Assembly: GCA_042566005.1 (NCBI GenBank)
Contig: JBHORO010000002.1
Location: 5,287 to 69,286 of the forward strand
Length of the DNA stretch: 64,000 bases
Direction: 5' to 3'
Source of the DNA: Verrucomicrobiota bacterium
Lineage (GTDB): Bacteria > Verrucomicrobiota > Kiritimatiellia > Kiritimatiellales > JBHORO01
The position numbers and the translations under genes were made by a program. Below the pieces are notes generated by a model. The model searched no databases. It was not told the origin of the DNA and was given only the letters and a program-made list of their open reading frames with translations. Below, piece by piece: positions 49,048 through 57,409 of this stretch. Numbering within the stretch: the first letter of the stretch is position 1; every line of letters begins with the position of its first letter.

Positions 49048-50685
49048 TTGACTGTGATTTTTTTTAGAAAAACGCTGGTTCCGGTTTCTGTTATCTTAAT
49101 GGCGGTATCTGCTGTTGGTGCCCAGGATGCGATAACGAAGGCGACGACTCAAAAACGTAAGCCGAAAGCCTATAAAGTTTGGCGCGCGGATAATCGAATT
49201 GATGAGTTTGTGAACGCGAAACTTAAGCAGCTGGGCATTCCGCCGTCGGAGCGTTGCACAGATGAGGTGTTTGTGCGCCGGGCTTATCTGGATGTGATTG
49301 GAACGCTTCCTCGCCCGAGAGAGGTGACGGATTTCCTGTATGACTCGCGGGCGGATAAAAGAAACCTGCTGATCGAGGAGCTGCTGGGGCGGGACGAGTT
49401 CGCAGATTACTGGACGCTGAAGTGGTGCGACCTGCTGCGGGTTAAATCTGAATTTCCGAGCAACCTTTGGCCGAACGCAGTGCAGGCCTATCAGCGTTGG
49501 CTGCAAACTTCCATTAAAAACAACAAGCCGTACGACCAGTTTGTACGGGAACTGCTCACTTCCTGCGGCAGTAACTTCCGGGTGGCACCGGTGAATTTTT
49601 ATCGAGCCGTACCGAACCGCAAACCGATAGGCCTGTGCCAGACCGCCGCGTTGACCTTTATGGGAATTCGTCCGGATGGATTGAGCAAGGAGCAGTGGCT
49701 CGGCATGACGCCCTTTTTCGCGAGTATAGGCTTTAAAAAGACCGCCGAGTGGAAAGAGGAGATTGTCTTCTGCGATCCGTCCAAAAAGGCGCTGGACCCG
49801 AAAACAAAGCAGCCGATTACCCCGACTTTTCCTGACGGGAAAACCGTCAATCTGACCCCCATGGACGATCCGCGTGTCGTTTTTGCCGATTGGTTGATTT
49901 CGGCCGAAAACCCGTGGTTCGCGCAGAACATTGTTAACCGCGTGTGGTATTGGCTCTTGGGCCGCGGCCTTATTAATGAGCCGGATGATGTGCGCCCGGA
50001 TAACCCGCCGCAAAATCCGGAGCTGCTGGATTATCTGGCCGAGGAGTTGATCAAAAACGATTACGATCTCCGCCATATTTACCGCCTGATTCTGAACTCG
50101 GAGACTTATCAGCGTTCCGCGGTTTACAACAGTGAGAACCTGACGGACGAAGTTAATTTTTCACATTACCTGGTGCGCCGGCTGGATGCAGAGGTGCTGA
50201 TCGATGCGATCTGTCAGATTACGGGCACCACTGAGTCCTATTCGAGTGCCATCCCGGAGCCTTTCACCTGGATTCCGGACAGGGAGCGTTCGATTAAACT
50301 GGCTGACGGCAGCATTACCAGTTCGTTTCTGGAGCTGTACGGCCGCCCGCCGCGTGATACCGGCTATGAGCTGGAGCGTAATAATACTCCCTCTCCGGCG
50401 CAAAAGCTGCACTTGCTTAACTCCAGTCATATTCAGAAAAAATTGCAGGCGGCCATGAAGCGTTTGCTGTCGGCTGATGGAAACGGCGGGAAGAAAAAGG
50501 GGTGGGTGAGTCCGGCCGAAATCATTGACCGGGCGTATCTCGCCATACTGTCCCGTTATCCGACCGAAGAGGAGCAGGAGCTTGCACTGGGTTACATGTT
50601 GGACAGCGGCTTGAAGAGGTGGGCTGCAGCGAACGATCTGATATGGGCGCTGATCAATACCAAAGAATTTGCTTACAGACACTAG
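49048..50685 (+). CDS. secreted DUF1549 + DUF1553 domain protein
   Basis: Signal peptide. DUF1549-like block VFVRRAYLDVIGTLPRPREV..F and DUF1553-like block NRVWYWLLGRGLINEPDDVRPDNPPQNPELLDYLA..F..NDYDLRHIYRLILNSETYQRS. No N-terminal cytochrome (PSCyt) module. Confidence 0.8.
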   Translation: MTVIFFRKTLVPVSVILMAVSAVGAQDAITKATTQKRKPKAYKVWRADNRIDEFVNAKLKQLGIPPSERCTDEVFVRRAYLDVIGTLPRPREVTDFLYDSRADKRNLLIEELLGRDEFADYWTLKWCDLLRVKSEFPSNLWPNAVQAYQRWLQTSIKNNKPYDQFVRELLTSCGSNFRVAPVNFYRAVPNRKPIGLCQTAALTFMGIRPDGLSKEQWLGMTPFFASIGFKKTAEWKEEIVFCDPSKKALDPKTKQPITPTFPDGKTVNLTPMDDPRVVFADWLISAENPWFAQNIVNRVWYWLLGRGLINEPDDVRPDNPPQNPELLDYLAEELIKNDYDLRHIYRLILNSETYQRSAVYNSENLTDEVNFSHYLVRRLDAEVLIDAICQITGTTESYSSAIPEPFTWIPDRERSIKLADGSITSSFLELYGRPPRDTGYELERNNTPSPAQKLHLLNSSHIQKKLQAAMKRLLSADGNGGKKKGWVSPAEIIDRAYLAILSRYPTEEEQELALGYMLDSGLKRWAAANDLIWALINTKEFAYRH

Positions 50686-50697
50686 GCAGGAGAAGAT

Positions 50698-52044
50698 ATG
50701 ACTCAAATTAATGTAGATCACCGCGGGATAAATATTTCACGGCGCGACGCTATCCGGTACGGGCTGGCCGGAGCGGCCGGGTTGGGCTTAACGGACCCCT
50801 TATCCCAGAGTGCTAAGGCGGTTCCGCGCGCAGGAAAAGCCAAAGCGGTGATTCAGATCTGGATGTGGGGCGGACCTTCACACCTGGATACTTTCGACCC
50901 GAAGCCGGGGGCGGGCTCTGACTATTGCGGCCCGTACACCAGTCCGATCGAAACCAATGTGCCGGGTATTCGCATCTGTGAAAAGCTTCCGCTACTGGCA
51001 CAGCAGGCGGACAAATATTCAATTATCCGCAGCATGACCCACGGCGTGAATGCCCACGAAACCGCATCCTATATGACTCAAACCGGCCGCCCGGCGGGTA
51101 CGGGTCAGGTCTTTCCGTGTGCGGGGGCGGTGGTTTCGCTCTTTAAGGGTTACGACGCCGGCTATAAGGGGCTGATCCCGCCCTATGTTGTGCTGACGAA
51201 GCCGCAGGGCCGTTTTTCTGAGGCTGGTTTTATGGGGTTGCGTTACAAGCCTTTTGCCACGGGCGGTGATCCGTCGAAAAAGATATTTGAGGTTGAGGGG
51301 ATTGTTGCGAAGGGGATTACGGAGAAGCGTCAGCACAGCCGTCGTGAGTTGCTTCATAAGCTCGAGACTTTTGGGAAGCGAATGGATGGGAATCCGCGGT
51401 TTGCCAAAATGGATGCCTGTGAAGAACAGGCGTATGACCTGATCCTCGGTGATGCCGGCAAAGTTTTTGATCTTTCGCAGGAGGATGCGGAGCTGCGTAA
51501 TCGATATGGCCGCAACAAGTTTGGTCAATCCTGCTTGCTTGCGCGGCGACTGGTGGAGCGTGGCGTTCCCTATGTGACGATCAATTACAACGGCTGGGAT
51601 ACGCATAAAAAACATTTTGAGGAGATGCAGCGCAAGTTGCCGGAACTGGATAAAGGTTTTGCGACCTTGCTGCAGGACTTGTCGGACCGCGGGCTGTTGG
51701 ATAGCACGATCGTCTGGTGGGGAGGTGAGTTCGGGCGCGGCCCGAAAATTCAGTGGGACGCACCCTGGAATGGCGGACGCAGCCATTACGGCCAATGCTT
51801 CAGCCATGTTTTGGCTGGCGGCGGATTTAAAGGCGGCCAGGTTGTCGGTGCTTCTGATGACAAGGGAATGGAAGTGGCTGAGCGCCCGGTTTACCCGTGC
51901 GACCTGATCGGCAGTATTTATGAGCAGATGGGCATCGACCGTTCGGCGCGCCTCCCGCACCCGCAGAATCTGGATGTGCGTGTGAGTCCGACTTCCGATG
52001 AGAATGTGAAATCAGGCGGCTTGTTGAAGGAAATCATGTCATGA
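50698..52044 (+). CDS. DUF1501 domain protein (sulfatase/alkaline-phosphatase-like fold) with a Tat-type signal
   Basis: SRRDAIRYGLAGAAGLGL twin-arginine-like leader; ...IQIWMWGGPSHLDTFDPKP... and ...WWGGEFGRGP... blocks typical of DUF1501. Confidence 0.8.
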   Translation: MTQINVDHRGINISRRDAIRYGLAGAAGLGLTDPLSQSAKAVPRAGKAKAVIQIWMWGGPSHLDTFDPKPGAGSDYCGPYTSPIETNVPGIRICEKLPLLAQQADKYSIIRSMTHGVNAHETASYMTQTGRPAGTGQVFPCAGAVVSLFKGYDAGYKGLIPPYVVLTKPQGRFSEAGFMGLRYKPFATGGDPSKKIFEVEGIVAKGITEKRQHSRRELLHKLETFGKRMDGNPRFAKMDACEEQAYDLILGDAGKVFDLSQEDAELRNRYGRNKFGQSCLLARRLVERGVPYVTINYNGWDTHKKHFEEMQRKLPELDKGFATLLQDLSDRGLLDSTIVWWGGEFGRGPKIQWDAPWNGGRSHYGQCFSHVLAGGGFKGGQVVGASDDKGMEVAERPVYPCDLIGSIYEQMGIDRSARLPHPQNLDVRVSPTSDENVKSGGLLKEIMS

Positions 52045-54275
52045 AAATGAGATTCCGTAATCTTTTGTTTGTGGGCGCGCTTGCGGCAGCCATCAGTGGT
52101 TGGGCAGAAGCTCCTCATCTCGGTTATGTTTTTCCGGCGGGCGGCGAGCGTGGCACAACGTTTGAGGTAACCGTCGGCGGCCAGTTTCTGGAGTCAGCCG
52201 ATGAGATTGTCGTGACGGGCGATGGAGTAGAGGCTCGTGTCATTAATTATCGCAAGATCCTAACCCGCCGGGAGATTCGTCAGGCTAAGCGCCGGATAAG
52301 GACTTTTGAAGCGAAAATGGAGGATGCGTCCGAGAGGAAGAGAGAGAGAATGCGGAAGCAGGTGGAAAAAAACGAGGCCCTGCTTGCCATGCAGGATCCC
52401 GACCGGCTTCAGAAAAAACTGCCAAAGGACAAGGCCGCCGAGGAGATGAAAAGGCAGTTGAACCCTCAGCTTTCCGAGCGACTGGTATTGGAAGTGACCA
52501 TCGCGGCCGATGCGTTGGATGGTGAGCGTGAGCTGCGCATTCAGACGCCGGGCGGTGTATCTAATCCTATTTTTTTCCACGTCGGTAATTTGAACGAGGC
52601 TTCGGAGCTGGAGCCGAATGATGATCACCATGCGGTTGATCTGCAGGAGGTTGAACTGCCAGTTTTGATTAACGGGCAGATTATGCCGGGCGATATTGAT
52701 CATTTCCGGTTTGAGGCCAAGAAAGGGGACCAGCTGGTGGTCGATGTGAGTGCCAGAAAACTGATTCCCTATTTGGCCGATGCCGTGCCCGGCTGGTTTC
52801 AGGCGACGCTGGCCCTGTTCGATGAGGAGGGCAATGAGGTAGCCTTCGCGGATGATTACAAATTTAACCCGGACCCGGTTCTCTTTTACGATGTGCCTGA
52901 GGATGGCCGTTACATCCTGGAGATTCGCGATTCGATTTATCGTGGGCGCGAGGATTTTGTGTATCGGGTTTCGGTGGGGAAACTACCATTTATCACCAGC
53001 ATTTTCCCGCTCGGCGGCCAAAAGGGTTCAAGTGTGGAGATCGCATTGCGCGGCCGAAATCTGCCGAGAGAGAGCATTTCCGGTCAGTTGGCTGAAAGTG
53101 ATGTGCGGGTGAAGCAGCTTTCGGTCAAAAAGGGCGGAATCCGTTCGAACCCGGTCTCTTTTGTGGTTGGGGATACGCCGGAATTGCTGGAAGTCGAGCC
53201 GAACGAAAAGGTGGGCGCTCTTCAGCAGCTCAAGTTGCCGGTGGTCGTTAACGGCCGCATTCAGCAGGCGGGTGACCGGGATGTCTTCAGTTTTACTGGC
53301 CGTAAAGGGGATTCCGTTTCTCTGGAAGTGCACGCCCGTCGCCTTAATTCGCCGCTCGATTCCGTTATCAGGTTGTATGATGCCCAGTGGAATGAGCTGG
53401 GATCGAATGACGATTTTGTGGATAAGACCGCGGGCCTGATGACACATCATGCGGACTCTTACTTGTTTAAAAAACTGCCGGCCGACGGCACCTATTATGT
53501 AGTGCTCGCGGACACGCAGCATCACGGCGGAGAGGAGTATGCCTATCGTTTACGCATCGCTGCGTCTCAGCCCGACTTTGCACTTCGGCTTCATCCCTCC
53601 GGTGTGAATATTGCCCCGGGTGGATCAGCTACGTTTACGGCCCATGCGCTCCGTAAGGATGGCTTTGACGGCGAAATCAAAATTCTGGCGGACGAATTGT
53701 CGAGCGGGTTCGTTATGAGTAAGGCGGTTATTCCGGCCGGGGTAGACAGGGTGCGCTTTACGATTACAGCTCCAGAGCGTTCGGTCGGGGCCGGGATCAA
53801 GCCACGATTGAGCGGTATGGCCCGGATTCAAGGGGAAACGGTGGTGCGTGAAGCTCTGGCGGTTGACGATCAGATGCAGGCATTTTTGTATCGTCACCTT
53901 GTTCCTGCCGATGAATTGATTCTGGTGGAGGCCGAGGAGCCGCCGCTCATTTTTGAGGCCAACTTGCCGAGCTCGGGGGTTGTGGAATTGCCGCTTGGCG
54001 AAGAGGTCTCCATTCCAATTGATGTCTATTGGAATAGACGTTATTTTAACTCAGTCAAGCTGATGTTGGACAGCCCGCCCGAAGGGATTTCCCTCGTCAA
54101 AGGGGATATCGAAAGTGGTGTCGGATGGGGCAAGATTGTGTTGAAGGCCACCGCACCGCTTAAGCCCGGATTCATGGACAACCTGATCCTGAAAGCGGAA
54201 CTGATAAAAGGTAAAAAGAAAACCGTCTGTTCATCGCCTGCGCTCCCGATTCGGGTGGTTGAAGGCTCCAAATAA
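52041..54275 (+). CDS. secreted 744-aa protein with two pre-peptidase-C-terminal (PPC)-like modules and a charged helical insert
   Basis: Signal peptide MKMRFRNLLFVGALAAAISGWA. Repeated modules EPND..V.L.VLINGQI.PGDIDHFRFEAKKGDQLVVDV and EPNE..L.LPVVVNGRI..AGDRDVFSFTGRKGDSVSLEV. ATGA start/stop overlap with the DUF1501 gene. Confidence 0.55.
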   Translation: MKMRFRNLLFVGALAAAISGWAEAPHLGYVFPAGGERGTTFEVTVGGQFLESADEIVVTGDGVEARVINYRKILTRREIRQAKRRIRTFEAKMEDASERKRERMRKQVEKNEALLAMQDPDRLQKKLPKDKAAEEMKRQLNPQLSERLVLEVTIAADALDGERELRIQTPGGVSNPIFFHVGNLNEASELEPNDDHHAVDLQEVELPVLINGQIMPGDIDHFRFEAKKGDQLVVDVSARKLIPYLADAVPGWFQATLALFDEEGNEVAFADDYKFNPDPVLFYDVPEDGRYILEIRDSIYRGREDFVYRVSVGKLPFITSIFPLGGQKGSSVEIALRGRNLPRESISGQLAESDVRVKQLSVKKGGIRSNPVSFVVGDTPELLEVEPNEKVGALQQLKLPVVVNGRIQQAGDRDVFSFTGRKGDSVSLEVHARRLNSPLDSVIRLYDAQWNELGSNDDFVDKTAGLMTHHADSYLFKKLPADGTYYVVLADTQHHGGEEYAYRLRIAASQPDFALRLHPSGVNIAPGGSATFTAHALRKDGFDGEIKILADELSSGFVMSKAVIPAGVDRVRFTITAPERSVGAGIKPRLSGMARIQGETVVREALAVDDQMQAFLYRHLVPADELILVEAEEPPLIFEANLPSSGVVELPLGEEVSIPIDVYWNRRYFNSVKLMLDSPPEGISLVKGDIESGVGWGKIVLKATAPLKPGFMDNLILKAELIKGKKKTVCSSPALPIRVVEGSK

Positions 54276-54311
54276 ATCAGTCAAATTTATACTAAAACAA
54301 AGGGAAAAATT

Positions 54312-55391
54312 GTGCAGAAAGCTAAAAAAATGAGCACTGGGGATGTTGCCGTTCGAACGGTTGATTTTGTGTCGCACCAGGAACATGTACTGAATGTTTC
54401 CGGGGATAATGGTGATGCGATGCAGGAGGTGTTGCGTGATGTCGCTGATGAGCTCAATGCGCAAATCATCGGGCAGTTTACCTTTGCCGGGTGTGATCAT
54501 TTCGATACCGCAGGCCCGCTTGATTGGCCCTTTTCATGGCTGCAGGGCGATGCCTGCAAAAAAGGCGAGATGACCTCCATGCAGGCCGTAGCGGTTTCCG
54601 GCGTTGATCTTCAGCCCATTAAGCTGAATGGCCAGACGGTCGGTTATTTCTATGAAGACGAACATGCGCGCTATTGTCGTCTGGCCGGGCTGCAGCCTGG
54701 GGATGCTGACGCTTCCCGCGAAGCGCAGACTCGATCCCTTTTTGAACGTATGGCCAATGCATTGAAGCAGTGCGATATGAAATTTGCCGACACCGTCCGC
54801 ACGTGGCTCTATCTGGACCAGCTGCTGGATTGGTACGACGAGTTCAATGCGGTCCGTACACAGTTTTTCGAGGAGCATGGCGTCTTCGATAAAATGGTGC
54901 CGGCCAGCACCGGTATCGGTGCGTGCAATCCGCAGGGCGCTGCGATTACGGCCGACCTGCTGGCGATTGTTCCGAAATCTGACGCGGTTACTATTCAGGC
55001 GGTTGAGTCTCCCTTGCAGGAGTCGGCTATGGATTACCGCAGCTCCTTCAGTCGCGCGGCAGAAGTTGGCTTCCCGACGCACCGTACGATCTATATTTCC
55101 GGTACAGCGAGCATTGAGCCTAAAGGTGAAACCGTACACCTTGACGATTCGGAAGCGCAGATTGCGCTTACGATGGAGGTAGTCAAAGCGTTGCTGAACT
55201 CCCGGGATATGGATTGGAGCGACGTTACCCGCGGGATCGCTTACTTCAAGAATTCTAATGATCTGAAGATCTACCAGGAGTTCTGCGAAAAACACGACAT
55301 CCCGGAATTTCCGCTCGCGATTTCTCACGCGGATGTCTGCCGTCACAATCTCCTCTTCGAGATCGAGATCGACGCCACAAAGGCAAAATAG
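54312..55391 (+). CDS. RidA/YjgF-fold protein, possibly an FkbO/Hyg5-type chorismatase
   Basis: Size of about 355 aa. Middle block VRTWLYLDQLLDWYDEFNAVRTQFF and C-terminal YISGTASI...GETVH..D.EAQI..T.E... resemble the FkbO/Hyg5/XanB2 family as I recall it. GTG start preceded by AAGGGA. Confidence 0.45.
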   Translation: MQKAKKMSTGDVAVRTVDFVSHQEHVLNVSGDNGDAMQEVLRDVADELNAQIIGQFTFAGCDHFDTAGPLDWPFSWLQGDACKKGEMTSMQAVAVSGVDLQPIKLNGQTVGYFYEDEHARYCRLAGLQPGDADASREAQTRSLFERMANALKQCDMKFADTVRTWLYLDQLLDWYDEFNAVRTQFFEEHGVFDKMVPASTGIGACNPQGAAITADLLAIVPKSDAVTIQAVESPLQESAMDYRSSFSRAAEVGFPTHRTIYISGTASIEPKGETVHLDDSEAQIALTMEVVKALLNSRDMDWSDVTRGIAYFKNSNDLKIYQEFCEKHDIPEFPLAISHADVCRHNLLFEIEIDATKAK

Positions 55392-55415
55392 GCGAGGGGT
55401 AACCTTCGGTCATCA

Positions 55416-55443
55416 GGGCGCGCTCATTGAGCGCGCCTTTTTT
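55416..55443 (+). terminator. rho-independent terminator
   Basis: ggcgcgctc-att-gagcgcgcc followed by tttttt. Confidence 0.8.
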
Positions 55444-55494
55444 ATAGTTGCCGGGTGAGAGCATTGCAGGCCCGATGAGAGCATCGGGCGTTGC

Positions 55495-56664
55495 TTAGGA
55501 AAGGCGTGTTTTGAAGTCCGCGTAGCTGAACTCGCGCACGATTTCCAGTTCGTTGGCTTCAGCCTCATACAGCGTAATCGCCGGATGCTGTACCCCGTTG
55601 AACATGGTCGATTTTACCATGGAGTAGATCGCCATATCCTCAAACATCAGTCGGTCGCCCGCCTTCAACGGGGTGTCGAATGAATAATCGCCGATCACAT
55701 CACCCGCCAGGCAGGTATGGCCGCCGAGGCGGTAGGTGTGGCTCTTTTCGCCTTCTTCGCCGGCGCGTAATCCTTCTGCAGGGACCAAGTGGCCAGGGCA
55801 GCGGCATAGCCGCGGGCGGTAGGGCATCTCTAAAACGTCGGGCATGTGCGCGGCAGCGGACGCGTCGATGATCGCGATGTCCATGCCGTTGCTTTTCAGA
55901 TCCATGACCGAGGTCACCAGTACGCCGGCATTCAATGCGACTGCTTCGCCGGGCTCGAGGTAGACTTGAACCCCGTATTTGTCCTGAAATTCCGAGACTA
56001 AGCGGCAGAGTCGGTCGATGTCGTAATCCGGTCGCGTGATGTGGTGGCCTCCGCCGAAATTGAACCACTCCAGCTGCGGGATCAGGTGACCGAATTTTTC
56101 CTCGACCGCGGCGAGTGTGGTTTCCAGGTCGTCGGAATCCTGCTCGCAGAGCGTATGGAAATGGAGCCCGGAAATGCCGTCGAGCGACTGACCTTCGAAA
56201 TCCTTCAGCGGAATGCCGAGCCGTGAGTTCGGGGCACACGGATCGTAAATAGGGGTATCGCCGGTCGAGTGCTCCGGATTGATGCGCAGGCCGCATTTGA
56301 TCTTCTTGCCGGAGGCCTCGATCAGCGGTTTGAATTTGTTCCACTGAGCAAACGAGTTGAAGAGAATGTCGTTGCAGGTTTCGAGCAGGTCGCGGATGTC
56401 GGTCTCGCTGTAGGCGGCCGCAAAGGCGTGGACCTCGCCGCCGAACTCTTCACGCCCCATGCGCGCTTCCCACGGTGAGCTGGCGCAGGTGCCGTCGAGA
56501 TACTGCATGACCAGCGGTGCCACCTTCCACATCGAAAATGATTTGGTCGCCAGCAGAATTTTGCAGCCAGTGCGGTCCTTCACGCTTTTCAGTAGCTTCA
56601 GGTTTTCTTCCAGCTTGCGGCGATCGACCGCAAAGTAGGGTGTCGGATATTCATTCGGTTTCAT
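55495..56664 (-). CDS. nspC: carboxynorspermidine/carboxyspermidine decarboxylase
   Basis: MKPNEYPTPYFAVDRRKLEENLKLL...ILLATKSF (PLP-Lys context); FGGGHH; alanine-racemase-fold decarboxylase of about 389 aa. The ATG at 56664 is preferred over the longer ORF-track start. Confidence 0.85.
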   Translation of the reverse strand: MKPNEYPTPYFAVDRRKLEENLKLLKSVKDRTGCKILLATKSFSMWKVAPLVMQYLDGTCASSPWEARMGREEFGGEVHAFAAAYSETDIRDLLETCNDILFNSFAQWNKFKPLIEASGKKIKCGLRINPEHSTGDTPIYDPCAPNSRLGIPLKDFEGQSLDGISGLHFHTLCEQDSDDLETTLAAVEEKFGHLIPQLEWFNFGGGHHITRPDYDIDRLCRLVSEFQDKYGVQVYLEPGEAVALNAGVLVTSVMDLKSNGMDIAIIDASAAAHMPDVLEMPYRPRLCRCPGHLVPAEGLRAGEEGEKSHTYRLGGHTCLAGDVIGDYSFDTPLKAGDRLMFEDMAIYSMVKSTMFNGVQHPAITLYEAEANELEIVREFSYADFKTRLS

Positions 56665-56777
56665 GGCAGGTAACTCTAATTTGGTTTGATGAAAAGGCAA
56701 GCGGCGAGATTTGTATAATGAATTTGACATATAATGACTATGTTATATAAGTGCGTTTAAATTTTGGAGGTATTGGG

Positions 56778-57098
56778 ATGATTGAACGGGCAAAGAAATA
56801 TTTTCACGGGGCGGAGGGATATAACTGCGCGCAGGCGGTGCTGGCGGCTTTTGACGCGCCGATGGAGCAAGTGCTGGCGGCCAAAGCCTTTGGCGGGGGG
56901 CGCGCACCGGAGGGGTTGTGCGGCGCTTTTCATGCGGCTAAGGAATTGGTCGGCGAGGAGGCGTTCGCCGGGATGACTTCTGAAATGGCTGAGGCGGCTG
57001 GGGGTCTGAGCTGTCGCGAGATTCGTCCGTTGGGCAAACTGAGCTGTCGCGACTGCGTGGTGCTGGCGGCGGAATTGACAAAAGAGACGTTGGGCTAA
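56778..57098 (+). CDS. C_GCAxxG_C_C family redox-active protein
   Basis: GYNCAQAVL near the N-terminus, GLCGAFHAA core and C-terminal Cys pair (SCREI...SCRDC). The ATG at 56778 is preceded by GGAGG. Confidence 0.7.
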   Translation: MIERAKKYFHGAEGYNCAQAVLAAFDAPMEQVLAAKAFGGGRAPEGLCGAFHAAKELVGEEAFAGMTSEMAEAAGGLSCREIRPLGKLSCRDCVVLAAELTKETLG

Positions 57099-57409
57099 TG
57101 AACCCCGAGCAGAAAGCGCTTATTCTGAAAACACTTTCGCATCCGGTGCGCCTGCAGATTCTGCGGGTACTGATGGACGGACCGTCGTGCGTGCAGGAGG
57201 CGAATGAGGTGTTTGACGGGCTGTCGCAGCCGAATCTGTCGCAGCATTTGAGCGCGCTTAAAAAGTGCGGGGTGGTGGATTGTCGTGTTGAGGGCAAAAA
57301 GCGCTGCTATTTTATCTGCCGCCCGACGCTAGTGCAGGGCTTGGTGACATTGTTGGAGCAGGAGCATGAATATCGCATTTGTCCAAAACTGAAGGATGTG
57401 GGTGCATGA
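57098..57409 (+). CDS. ArsR/SmtB-family metalloregulator
   Basis: LKTLSHPVRLQILRVLMDGPSCV.E....L..SQPNLSQHLSALKKCGVV wHTH; Cys residues in the alpha3 and C-terminal regions. Confidence 0.9.
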   Translation: MNPEQKALILKTLSHPVRLQILRVLMDGPSCVQEANEVFDGLSQPNLSQHLSALKKCGVVDCRVEGKKRCYFICRPTLVQGLVTLLEQEHEYRICPKLKDVGA

